Positions 39,821-52,229 of a stretch of DNA of 64,000 nt are shown piece by piece. The position numbers and the translations under genes were made by a program. Each line of letters begins with the position of its first letter. Within the stretch, counting starts at the first letter, position 1. Origin of the DNA: Octopus vulgaris (Eukaryota); NCBI GenBank assembly GCA_951406725.2, contig OX597816.1:9424001-9488000 (forward strand). The letters are read 5' to 3'. Below the pieces are notes generated by a model. The model was not told the origin of the DNA. It was given only the letters and a program-made list of their open reading frames with translations, and made no database searches.

Positions 39821-40127
39821 CACGGTCGGATTGGTGCATTTTACGTGCCACCCGCCTCGACTGGCTTCCGTGCAGGTGGCACGTAAAATGCACCAATCCG
39901 ACCGTGGCCGATGCCAGCCTCGCCTGGCACCAGTGCAGGTGGCACGTAAAAAGCGCCCACTACACTCACGGAGTGGTTGGCGTTAGGAAGGGCATCCAGC
40001 TGTAGAAACATTGCCAGATAAGACCGAAGCCTGGTGCAGTCTTCTGGCTTCCCAGATCCCCGGTCGAACCGTCCAACCCATGCTAGCATGGAAAACGGAC
40101 GCTAAATAATGATGATGATGATGATGA
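39821..40127 (+). mobile_element. 5'-truncated RTE 3' UTR insertion with inverted 5' segment
   Basis: Tail gcatggaaaacggacgctaaataat(gat)n; the first 32 bp are the exact reverse complement of 39875-39906. Confidence 0.85.
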
Positions 40128-40429
40128 CATAAACACTAGTCTTTCTGTTGCATGTTTCCACAGCATCCCTTCTGCCACAACCATAATTATTCCTGTTCTG
40201 GTTCTCGTAGCCTCAAGTCCAAGTGCACTCAGAACACTTGTCTTTATACCCCTGTCATCAATTATTGTTTCTTCTGACAAACACTACACTAAGACATCAT
40301 CACACTCTGCCAGCCTAGCATCACCTCTATCTGAAAATCATTCTGTTCTTGCAATTGTTTAGGCAACAATCTCCAAAGATCTGGGATGAACATCAACTAC
40401 ATAAACCTCACAAGTTCTTAGTAAAGCTT

Positions 40430-40645
40430 AAGGTTAGGGCAGCGGACTTGCGGTCGGAGGATCGCGGTTTCGATTCCCAGACTGGGCGTTGTGTGTGTTT
40501 ATTGAGCGAAAACACCTAAAAGCTCCACGAGGCTCCGGCAGGAGGTGGTGATCCCTGCTGTACTCTTTCACCACTCTAAAAGGCGGTGCTCCAGCATGGC
40601 CGCAGTCAAATGACTGAAACAAGTACATAAAAAAAAAAAAAAAAT
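40430..40645 (+). mobile_element. SINE with a distinct tRNA-like head and body but the family A 3' tail
   Basis: ggttagggcagcggacttgcggtcggaggatcgcggtttcgattccc head; tail aaggcggtgctccagcatggccgcagtcaaatgactgaaacaagta plus poly(A). Confidence 0.75.
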
Positions 40646-41349
40646 GCAGAAACTTAACCTGCTAGAAAACAGTCAAATATTCATCAAATCACATCATGCT
40701 ATTGCAGAAAAAGAAGAACGCATTGGATAAAGTAACCCTATTGATTTGAGGAAAAGAGACCCACAAAAAATGAGATGATCATGGCAAAAATGTGTTCAAT
40801 AGGCTTACTTGATCAGGAAACACCTAGGGTTAAACAACAGCAACAACAACAACAACAAAGAATGAAAAGAAAGAGGAAATCATATTGTGAAATATTAGAA
40901 TACCTAAAAATTCATGAGCTAAGAGCCAAACATAGCAATTCATCAATTGTTTTTCATTAACATGTTGAAAAGAAGGGAAAAACAACGCATATTGTATAAT
41001 AAAGAATTTCTATTAACTAAAAAGGAGAGAAAAAGAGAATTCTTTTTGAGATCAATACATTTTGAGATTTAGATTTGAAGAAGCTAATTCTAAGTGTCTT
41101 TGTATTAGGCTAATTCTTTTATAAGCTCTGATTCAGAACTATTTCATTCAAAGCCCTGAGTAATCTTCCAATCTAAGCTGTGGTTAAATCCCTCAAATAT
41201 TTCTTTTCAGAGCTCTAAGTTCAAATCGCAGCTTTGGCCTACTAGATAGCATCTACCCATCTGTAGTTAACTGTGGATACCATATGAATGAATCATGGCA
41301 GTTAGCCTGCTGTGAGAAGATAATGCCTAATAATGGTAATAATAATAAC

Positions 41350-41390
<41 letters not shown>

Positions 41391-41392
<2 letters not shown>

Positions 41393-42480
41393 GCCCTGAT
41401 GCAGTACCAGGCAGTGGGTCTTATGGCTTCTGATCGTTACTGATTGGAAGTGTTATCATGTACATTGTTTTGTCTTGGTATAAAAGATGGGCTACAGCAA
41501 ATATTCTGCCCAATACCACAGATTTGTTTTTCAGTTGTTTGACCTTAACCAGTTGAGCATGTCCCTTAGTGGCTGACGATATGTGCACCTCTGATCACGA
41601 GCAGAAGTAGTGGAGGAGCATCATAGCCATGTGTTGAGAGGGATTCTTTGGGGTTTGAATAATTCACCTCTGGAAACATGGGTATTTCATTCAACATCCT
41701 TAAACAACCCTTATTCAGGGACCTTTTGAGCAGGATGGGTTACTCGACCAAAAGAAATTTCTAACTGGGCTCCACCTGCAAGGTCATGTGCTGTTTATCT
41801 TGATATGAGATCACCATGTTGCGCACATATGGTTGTGATGCATGAGCCTGGTGTACCCTTATCAGACGGGTAGTCATGATGGGCTTCGTATATTTTACCC
41901 CAGTGTCACTTTGATGGTATGCACTGTTCTCTCACTCAATAATAGCAGTACCAGGCAGTGGCTCTCATGGCTTCTGATCTTAACTGATTGGAAGTGTTAT
42001 CATGTACATGTTTTGTCTTGGTATATAAGATGGGCTACAGCAAATATTCTGCTCAATACCACAAATTTGCTTGTCAGTTGTTTGACTTTAACCAGTTGAG
42101 CATGTCCCTTAGTGGCTGACGATATGTGCACCTCTGATCACGAGCAGAAGTAGTGGGGGAGCATCATAACCATGTGTTGTGAGGGATTCTTTGGGGTTTG
42201 AATTATTCACCTCTGGAAACATGGGTGGTTCTTTCAACATCCTTAAAGAACCCTAATTCAGGGACCTTTTGAGCGGGATGGGCTACTCAACCTGAAAAAA
42301 ATTCTAACTGGGCCCCACCTGCAAGGTTATGTGCTGTTTATCTTGATATGAGATCGCCATGTCGCGCACATATGGTTGTGATGCATGTGCCTGGTGTGCC
42401 CTTATCAGACAGGTAGTCATGATGGGCTTCGTATATTTTACCCCAGTGTCACTTTGATGGTATGCACTGTTCTCTCACTC
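41391..42480 (+). mobile_element. Two tandem copies (41391-41937 and 41945-42480) of an approximately 545-bp (TAA)n-embedded retroelement 3' region
   Basis: Direct repeats, roughly 90% or more identical by eye, each ending ttctctcactc(aat)n. A third 3' stub is at 43222-43279. Confidence 0.8.
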
Positions 42481-42521
<41 letters not shown>

Positions 42522-42534
42522 TAATAATAATATA

Positions 42535-43220
42535 TTTAAAGAGATTGACGTAACTCTTCACAAAGGTAAACAGTCAAGACGAAGAGCGTGATTTGATTGT
42601 AAGATATTTTATTAGTTGAACGATATTTCAACAGTACGTCTGTTTTTGTCAAGTTCAAAATAAGAAGTGATAAAAATTCAAAATTATATAAATTTAAACA
42701 TAAAGTATGAACGAGAACAACCAGCGTCCACATGTTGATGGAATGACATCAACAGTTTTTAGGTTACAATTTTATAACAGGCGAAAAGGAAAAGACAGAA
42801 AAAAGAAGACAACAGAAAAAAAGGAAAGAAAAAGAGAGAAAGAAGAATATTTAATCAAACAGTTTTGTATAAATTTGATGATATTCTCCTGTCATCTTAT
42901 TCATTCCTCCAGGGCGTGATGTTAATAACCTGCAAACGTATTTCTCCTCATACATTCTGAGAAGTGAAAGTGAAGCAGATTCAGAATATTTTCTGAGAAT
43001 ATGCACTTTCAAGTCTTCTTCAAGATTGCAGCCACTTGAAACAAAATGTTCAGCAAGTTCTGTTGAACTACTGCTATTGTGCCTGATGTCGAATCTGTGC
43101 CCATTAAACCTTTTGTTTAATTGTTCTGTTGTACAACCAACATAAATTAAGTTGTGTTTTGTGCATTCTGCAGCGTACACCAAATGGAATCTTTACATGT
43201 TCCACCTTCTTTATAAATCA
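42535..43220 (-). mobile_element. Penelope-like element 3' part with intact GIY-YIG endonuclease ORF (42851-43183)
   Basis: VYAAECTKHNLIYVGCTTEQLNKRFNGHRFDI..ELAEHF..YEEKYVCRLLTSRPGGMN. Confidence 0.85.
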
Positions 43221-43278
43221 TAACATACTAGGCTTCATATATTTTGTCGCTTTGATGGCATGTAATGTTCTCTCACTC

Positions 43279-43331
<53 letters not shown>

Positions 43332-43336
<5 letters not shown>

Positions 43337-43570
43337 GCAGAATGTATGGTGAGTGGGGTGAAACAGTAAGGTACATTGTTAGCGAATATCTGAAACTGGC
43401 ACAATGTGAGTGTGTAAAACTATATAAAGCGTTGATACATAACTTTGCATTGACTTGAAACATTGAAACAAAGCAATGAGCTAGTGGTAGATGAGCCAGA
43501 GAAGACTAAAAGCAACTCCAGAACAAACTTCGTATGTAATTCTGTCAAAATCTCAGCACAAAACCCAAAA
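43332..43570 (+). mobile_element. R4/Dong-like zinc-knuckle fragment, degraded
   Basis: KCRMYGEWGETVRYIVSEYLKLAQCE directly after (TAA)n; homologous to the sequence from 7462. Confidence 0.6.
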
Positions 43571-43824
43571 GGATTAACTCAATAATGCATAGAACTTTAG
43601 TCTGACATTTTGCTGTTTCTGCTATTTGAATATTTTCAAAATATTCTAAGAACATATTAGTCCTATATCTACTAGATACACATACCTAATCATTGTGTAG
43701 TGAAAATTGTGTGTTTATAATGCATTAGACAGTAAGTTATAAACACAGCTAAGAATACAACATATTTATATCTGACTAGGAAATTAATCCATATTCATAA
43801 GCATTCTGTATTACAGAACACATG

Positions 43825-43871
<47 letters not shown>

Positions 43872-44104
43872 CCATCGCTACCGCTATCATCATCATGTGT
43901 GTGCGTGTATGTCAGCATGTGCATGCATGTGTGCATATCTATGTGTGTTTGTCTTTGTGTTTTTCTCTCCCAGCACCAAACTTAGCAGTCTGGGTGACAG
44001 TGACCAATAGAATAATACCACAGCTAAGTCCAAGGGTTGATTTGAACGTAAACACTTCAAGGCAGTGCCCCAGCATGATAGTAGTCAAATGATTTTGAAA
44101 CAAG

Positions 44105-44152
<48 letters not shown>

Positions 44153-44284
44153 CTCTCTTTTGCTTGGGTTCCTGCCTTCAAATTGACCCCAGTACTAATT
44201 TTAAATCTGGCACTTATTTTATCACTCTCCTTTGCCAAACTGCTAAGTTTGGCAATGTCTCTTTCTCTTCCTTCTCCTTTACTC

Positions 44285-44342
<58 letters not shown>

Positions 44343-45064
44343 GTGTGTGTGTGTGTGTAATCTATGAGAGAGAGAGAGACAGAGAGAGAAATAATTGAAG
44401 TTTATCTATTTTTTAAAATCTTTTTGTTTGCTTCATTTGTTTCTCTGCCATTTCAACAGATTCCTGGCAAAGGGAAAGTTATTTTAAGAAATAATCATTT
44501 TTTGGTCATGTTAAACTGCAAATTTAAATGAACTTCCTCCAGTCAATGAAATAAATTTCCCTATAATATATTATTTTCCTTTTCACTGGATATTTTTTTT
44601 CTCTTTTTTTCTTTTCTCATTCTTGAATTTATTTTATACCTGAAGGACCTACCTCTCCTCATCAATTCTATTTAAAAGATTTTTCTCTGAGCAGATCAAT
44701 CTTAATTTTCATTGGGTGAAGTAATGAAAAACAACAGAAATTAAAATTTAATGAGAGAGTGAGAAGTGGGCGGAAGGAGAGAGAGAGACAATATACAACA
44801 ATATAGTTATTTCTGGAAAAAATATGCCTGCAGATTACAAATGTACTGATTGCATACAACATAGATTTGGAATTAGATTTTCAATTTAATTTAGAAGAAA
44901 TTGAAACAATTAAAGGAAAACATTATGTACCCACAGATACTGGCACAAACAAAGTATATGTCTCAATGTGTATGAGTAAATACACATACACCATTCAAAG
45001 TAACAAAAAAATAAAGAAAATCCCTGCAAGCAAATTAACAAGACTGAGGTGCATGCAGTTTTAC

Positions 45065-45097
<33 letters not shown>

Positions 45098-45144
45098 TAT
45101 ACATATATGTACATATATACATATACACATACATACATATATAT

Positions 45145-45190
<46 letters not shown>

Positions 45191-45226
45191 GTATATATAC
45201 ATATATGTACATATATACATATACAC

Positions 45227-45271
<45 letters not shown>

Positions 45272-45272
<1 letters not shown>

Positions 45273-46116
45273 GGGGGAGAATTCACAAAAAAAACAAAAC
45301 ATGAAGACAGGTGGTGTAGAAAACAAACAGATGTATTAGTAAACACTCAGGAAAAGTCTTTAACGTTTTGAACCTATGCTCTTCCACAGAAAGGAGCACA
45401 GAAAGAAACAAGGAGAGAAAATAAAGAATGTGTAGTGGCTAGCGATCTATCATGGTGAATGCCAGACAGAAGGGTCACACAGGAGAGCTAGAGAGAAGGG
45501 GAGATAATAAAGTAGTGGTGATCCCAAAACGAAGGTGTATGTGCATGTGTATAAGAGAGTTTGTATGTACGTGTGGAAGAGGGCTGGTGATCTTGACGTG
45601 TGCGTGTGTGTATGTGTGGGTGTGAAAATGAGGGTCTGGGAAGTGGTCAGTACTAATGTGTGTGTGGTAATGTGTTGCGTGGTATGGCGGTGTAGGGTGT
45701 AGTGGTGTGTGGTGTGGTGTGATGGTGTCCGGAGGTGGGGAAGGCAAGAGTGGGGAAAGTAAGGGTGGGGTATAGGTTAGGCTGAGGGTGGGGGTAGAGG
45801 TAGGGTATGTGAGAGTGGGTGTAAGGGATGGGGTGGGGGTAGAATGTGTAGGGGTGGAGTGGGCTTATCAGGAAGGGGTGACGATGAAGTGGGTGGGAAG
45901 GAGAAGGTGGGTAGGAGTGAAGAGAAGTAGGAGTCGGAGCAAGAGAGGAGAGGTGGGTGGGAGGATGTAGGTGTGAGGGGGAGAGAGGCTAGGGAAGGAT
46001 TTTAGATGAAGAGGGGAGGAGAGTTGAGCTCATGTGGCACAAAGGAGCGAAGAGAGAAGATTAATCCCTGTTCACGGTGCAAACAGGAGTCCAGATGGCC
46101 CTTGTGCAAGGACAGC
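45272..46116 (-). mobile_element. Penelope-like element 3' end: GIY-YIG C-terminus, C-rich tract, pLTR with hammerhead-like motif
   Basis: 46022-46115 translates LSLHKGHLDSCLHREQGLIFSLRSFVPHELN; 45280-45455 is homologous to 56314-56525. Confidence 0.75.
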
Positions 46117-46604
46117 TTTTATTAAATCCCTGTTGGTACATCTTTTATTACGTTCCTGTCATTCAACTATTTAGAATTGTGTAAGATTTTTTAAACTTAA
46201 TAATTGTTTGGGTTGTTCTTAAGCAGTTGTATTCACCTTAACTTCCCTGATATGTCATAAGGAAGATGAAATTAGTTGAAATGAACCTTTCCTTCAGCTG
46301 TAAAAGTTCCTGGGTTTTATCCACAGTTTATACTTTCACACCATGATTAAACATTTGCTTATTAAATACATTGAATATAATTTTCATATGCTCATGCATT
46401 CAAAACCTTGCTGTTTGGTTACACAACTTGTTTAGTTTTGCTTGTCTTTACCTACTTATCAGAAGTGCTTACTAGATCAGAGAGAGAGAGTGTGTGTGTG
46501 TGAGAGAGAGAAGGAGGGAGAGAGAGAAGGAAGGAGAGAGAGAGTAGTAGCTTACAGCTACTTATGAGAAATTAAATGAGCAATGAGTACTGTTTGTATT
46601 TAGT

Positions 46605-46863
46605 ACTATCTTAAGCCATGGGCACATTGGACAGATGTCCAGGGGCCTCATACCCAATTCTGATCTATATATATATATATTGTGGCTTGCTATAAATAAA
46701 TAAAAGCTATAGAACCCAGGGCATTGATTTGCCTTGGGGCTGCATGAGTCTAGGGGCCCAATTCTGATCTATATATATGCTCTGGCTTGCTGTCAATAAG
46801 TAAATATTATAGGAGCCAAACCACTGATTTTCCTGGGGGCCTATAATGTTATTAAGAGGCCTT
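46605..46863. mobile_element. Degraded hAT-like MITE with internal tandem duplication of about 100 bp
   Basis: Ends ..tcttaa / ttaagaggcc; unit cccaattctgatctatatatat..ggcttgct..tgattt.cct.gggg occurs twice (about 46651 and 46757). Confidence 0.5.
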
Positions 46864-47589
46864 GTTTGCACTAATTTGCTGTTTGGCTAAATGTAAGATT
46901 ATCAAATATTTAAATGCAGGGTGGTCAATTGACAAAAATGTTGGAAAAGTGTCTGGCAGTATTTCTTTTGGCTCTTTACATTTGTTCAACTCCTGCAAAA
47001 GTTTAACTTTACCTTTCATTTATTTCAAAGTACCAGTAAAATACTGGAGGAAATGATATTAACTAACCTTCCTCTCCTAAAATGGTTTTGTACTTAAATT
47101 AGAAGCAAATAGATGTATGGATGTATATTTATTAACAAAATTATTCACGAACACAATACTTTGGTATTCTGTTAGTTAATCCATAGCACCAACCAATTCA
47201 CTGATATCTTATCATGTGCATACTCAAGAAGATATTGACAACAGGATGGTATTGATGAAAAACCTTAAAATAAAACTAACATTTAAGAGACAGCCTTCTA
47301 TCAAATCACTCTCATCTGATGAGTGCTCTTTTTATCATGAAATTTGAAGTAATTGTAAAAAAGACATATTTATTTGTGACATAATGAATATAATCCCTAT
47401 ATACAGCACAGTGAGTTATAATTTTGCATATGAGATCACTGACAATTTATAATGATATATTTCTCATATATAACTGAAGATTCTCAGTGGTCAAGATCAA
47501 TAGTTTTTGACTAATGGCATAACATAATTTATAAAACTCATTCAGAAACGGCTCAATATCAACAAATAATTATCATATGAAGTAGTTTC

Positions 47590-47976
47590 CTTTTACCTTT
47601 TACTTGTTTCAGTCACTAGACTGTGGCCATGCTGGGGCACTGCCTTGAAGAATCTATAGTTCAATGAATTGACTCCAGTACTTATGTTTTTATTTTTAAG
47701 CCTGATACTTATTCTATTTTGCCTCTTTTGATGAACCACTAAGTTACAAAGATGTAAACATATCAACATCAGTTGTCAAGTGGTGAGGGAAGGAAGGACA
47801 CACACACGTACGACAGCCTTCTTTCAGTTTCCACCTACCAAATCCACTCTCAAGGTTTTGGTTGGCCTGATGCTATAGTAGAAGACACTTATTCAAGATG
47901 TGCCATGCAGTGGGATAAACCTGGAACCATGTGGTTGGAAAGCAAAATTCCTACCACACAGCCATGCCTGCACCTA
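47590..47976 (-). mobile_element. SINE family A
   Basis: Complete head to tail, diverged. Confidence 0.85.
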
Positions 47977-48364
47977 TATTAGAAACATTAAAAATATATA
48001 ATCAAAAATATCCTTTATAAGTTTATTTAAGTTTTAAGGTAGTGGTTATATGATTATGTTGATGGTTGAATGTTTGTGAGGGGGTTTCTAGACTTCTATT
48101 ATTTGTATAGGACAAATTGATATGATGAGGTGAAATGCTTACTTTTCTATGGAGCATATTGGCAGGATTATTTGGAGGATTTATTGTGGGATGAGAGGGA
48201 GATATATTGATGATGGTGTACCAATGATTGTGTTCATCTGGATAATTTGGTGTTATCAGGTGAATGAGTTGGAAAATATATTTTTACAATACCAACGAAA
48301 GTGACTCACCAGCATTTAGTAGTTTTAGTATAAGAAGATGTAAATTTGCCTCTATTATTGTCTA

Positions 48365-48965
48365 ACAGAAACCAAATTCCAACATCAAAAATATTATGAC
48401 ATCAAGTAAAACTAAAAATCAATATAAACAAGATAATGGTCATCATTATCATCAAATTAATCAACATTTGATGATGATGACCACTATCTTCTTTATATTG
48501 ATTTTTAGTTTTACTTGATGTCATAATATTTTTGATGTTGGAATTTGATGCACCAATCTCTTATATAACAATACCACTGAAATATAGAGAAAAGCCAGTT
48601 TGCACACATACAACAATATTAATAATGTAGTCAAAGATATAGTAATGAACTTAAAACTAGATTAAAGTATAGAATATTTAGCCATGCATTAGCATATATC
48701 ACATTAAAAGATCATAAAGGGAACTTTAATTCCAAACCAAAATGAAGATTAATTAACCCAGCCAAGAGTGAAATCAGATTAATTAGTAACACATTTTCAA
48801 TAATATAACTGTCACAGTCAGGAAAATCACCAACCTCTGACAATGGAATAATGAATATTGTTACAGCCAGTTGATTCAACAACATTAGTGATAAAAGTAA
48901 TTGTAGGTTTGCTTAATTTGATATCGTTGAGTTATCCTTCCATTTCTGAAAACTTACTCATCAGC
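48365..48965 (+). mobile_element. Penelope-like reverse transcriptase relic
   Basis: YITLKDHKGNFNSKPK*RLINPAKSEIRLIS (48695-48790) and FDIVE/YPSISEN (48917-48952) are PLE RT motifs. Confidence 0.8.
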
Positions 48966-49717
48966 ACTTCACTTTAAAATATTTGGTTGGTTTAAGACCC
49001 ATAGAGATCCTAAGCACTTAAAAGATTTTGGTACTTCCATATATATGTAATTAAAAATATAAACAATAAACCATGAAATAAATTTTTATTTTTCAAAATG
49101 AAACAAAACTAACAATAAGATGGAAAATAATGGTTATTTCTGTAAACCTCCATTTTATTTATATTTGTAAAGATTTCTGCTTTTTTAATTATAAAATCTT
49201 TAATCAGATCCTCAAAATTAATCTTATGTAATACATCTACTTCTATACTTAGTAGAGATAAGACATCCTGAATATTATTTTAATAAGTTTAAAATGATTT
49301 CTTTTGTCCCATAAACCAATTACCGTTTCTGTAGTGCCCCACTTCCCTTGTTGCCCTAAGCACATAATTATTTTACTTAATGATTAATCCAGCGATAATT
49401 ACCATCCATGCTTGCATGGGTCAAATAAAAGTATGTTTGGGCAGAGTTTTCTATAGTTGGATGCTCTTTAAGATTTTGCTCATAAGGAATGTATCAATCA
49501 ACAGAGTACACAAATGGACTGAAGTTCACTACAGCTGTTTTTTTTTTTTTGATGAACAAATCAATTACATCAGGAAACATCCATTTTCTTCTTGTGAGTT
49601 AAAATTTAAATCTAAAATTTAACATTTAAGATTCTGAACATAATGAATGGAAATGACTTTCTTCCCTGACATTTGTGGTATTTTGATTCTTTTACACAAT
49701 GGAAAAATAATATATAT

Positions 49718-50010
49718 TCTTTTACTTGATTCAGTCATTTGAAGTCTTTTAGTCGATCGAATTGACCCCAAGACTTATTCTTTGTAAGCCTAGTACTTAT
49801 TCTATTGATCTCTTTGCCAAACTGCTAAATTACAGGGGCATAAACACACCAACATCGGTTGTCAAATGATAGTGGAGGGGAACAAACACACAAATGTATG
49901 TGTATATATATATATATATATATGATGGGCTTCTTTCAGTTTCTATCAACCAAATCCACTCACAAGGCTTTGGGTAGCCTGAGGCTATATTAGAAAACAT
50001 TTGCCCAAGG

Positions 50011-50015
<5 letters not shown>
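49718..50015 (-). mobile_element. SINE family A, head missing
   Basis: Body and tail match family A. Confidence 0.8.
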
Positions 50016-50045
<30 letters not shown>

Positions 50046-50107
50046 ATATCAACATCATCATCGTTTAACATCCATTTTCCATGCTAGCATGGGTTGGACA
50101 GAAAAAT

Positions 50108-50143
<36 letters not shown>

Positions 50144-50913
50144 TTTAATAGAAACCAGCTTGTAAATTGAACTTTGGAATAGAATTCTTCTCTCAAGTTG
50201 GTATACCTGAAAGATGTGAAGATATTACTAAGAAAACAAATAAAAATTAAACTTTGAATCAGATGTGTTTGGTTTTACCATAGCCCTCTGACCCAACATA
50301 AAGTTACTTTGGTAGAAGATTACAGTATTTAGTGCATTTAAATCATATAAGTATATTCTAGACAGCACCTATTTGTGTATAGAAAATACTACTTGTCATT
50401 TGCACTGTCCTAACTTTGAAAACACAGATAAAACCAAGACTCACAAAGTAGATTTTGTGAACAGTCATTTTTCCATATTCATTTAAGCAGGCTTTTAGTT
50501 AATTGAGAATATGAAAGTTTACATAGCAATAGACAGTGTAACTTATGTCTATTACATATAAGGTAAACCAGCTGAAAAACATTTGTTTTATCTAAATGAC
50601 ACACAACTTATGTTTCATGTGTGTGTGTGTGTGTGTGTGTCTATATTTCTTTTCCCAGTCTACAAACTTTGTAGTTTTGATTTAAATATGCATGCATATA
50701 TATATATATATATAGCTGCATGCATAAATACATACATATATGTATATAACATGTGTATATGTTGACTAGTATGCATGGATACATATGTAAGTCATCATTT
50801 ATTAGTCATTTTATATAATGTAAGTACATGCTTTCATATACACACACATATACAGAGACATACATGCATACATACATACACACATATATACACAAGAAAG
50901 CTATGACACTCAA

Positions 50914-50946
<33 letters not shown>

Positions 50947-51836
50947 GCATTAACCATATTGTGAGAAACATATATCAATTTAATATGTTGCTACACTACA
51001 TTTTCTTGGTTAGGAATGATTAAAATATATTGGATATATTTATCTTTGAGATTATAAGGAAATTGATTCATGAATGCTTCTTTGTATACTTTTTCCCATA
51101 AAGGTTCTAAATCAATAAGTTTATGGACATCATGCCAAAAAAAGCAAGCTTTCCATCATCAATCAAATTACTATGACTTGCAGTCAAATTGAAAATTACC
51201 CTGCATCTTTTCATATTGAAAATTACCTTTCTGCTTTTATATATTAAGAATTATTCTCTGTCTTTCCATCATATACAGACTTACTTTATGTATTTCTATA
51301 TTAAAAATTCTCCCTTTGTTTCTCTTATATATTTTATGTAAGTATGTAATGTATGTATGTATGTATGTATGTATGTATGTATGTATGTATGTATGTATGT
51401 ACGTACGTATGCATGTATTGCACTGAGACGTTTGTGTTTGTTCACCTGAAATAGCTACTTTACCATATTTTGATAATTTCATTCATCATAATTGTGGAAA
51501 AGGTTTTAAAACTTAAACATAGTTTGAAACAACAAAATGATGTCGTTGAGAGTAAAGTTAGTAATAATGCAGAACTAAAATCCATTGGCAGCTTCTTAAC
51601 TTTATGCCACCCTCTTTTAGAAAAGATTTTTCTTCAAAACTTTATTCTACAATAAATGTATTTTCATATTAATCATTAGTTTTATCTCTATATATTCAGA
51701 GTTCAAATCCCAAGAGCATTGACTTTGTTTTTGTATATTATCTTCATTTCAATTAAATAACAGGTACTAATGTATTAATTCAATACAGTTTTTTCTCCTA
51801 CAAAAATTTGCCTTGTACATAGTCCAAGTTAATTAA

Positions 51837-52229
51837 TCTTTATATATAAAAGTGAAGTTGTGTGTCTGTCTCCTACGACTTAGATTCCTAACTACTCCCA
51901 CATTTTGCAGTGCAGTGTAACCAAAACCGGGTATCTTATAGTCGTGATTTATATCGAGCCCTTCTGGGTATTAGCGCGCGTCTACGATGAGTCTACGATT
52001 TAAAAACAAATTTACCATCAATTCTCCCCATTTTTAATGCATTTTTGGCATATATAAGGGAAGTAACTCTCTAAAAATGTATTATTAAATCTCAGAACGT
52101 AAAAAGCTACAGTAACACCCCACCTTTGTGGTTAGTCATATTGAGATGGCTATTATACTTTACATCTCTAAAAATGCTTATATTGTTATTTCCCTTACAA
52201 ACCCGAGCAACGCCGGGTGATACTGCTAG
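51837..52229 (+). mobile_element. Non-autonomous Helitron copy 6, third internal variant
   Basis: a|TCttt..cccgagcaacgccgggtgatactgCTAG|t; unique internal segment at about 52080-52165. Confidence 0.85.

Noticed and set aside
47316-47345. CTGATGAG..catGAAA hammerhead-like core
   Set aside because: No convincing stem I or stem III partner; at best a decayed relic.
48310-48361. 52-nt minus-strand pseudo-exon with CTG|gtgagt donor
   Set aside because: Not a multiple of three, short pyrimidine tract, unrelated to alpha2delta.
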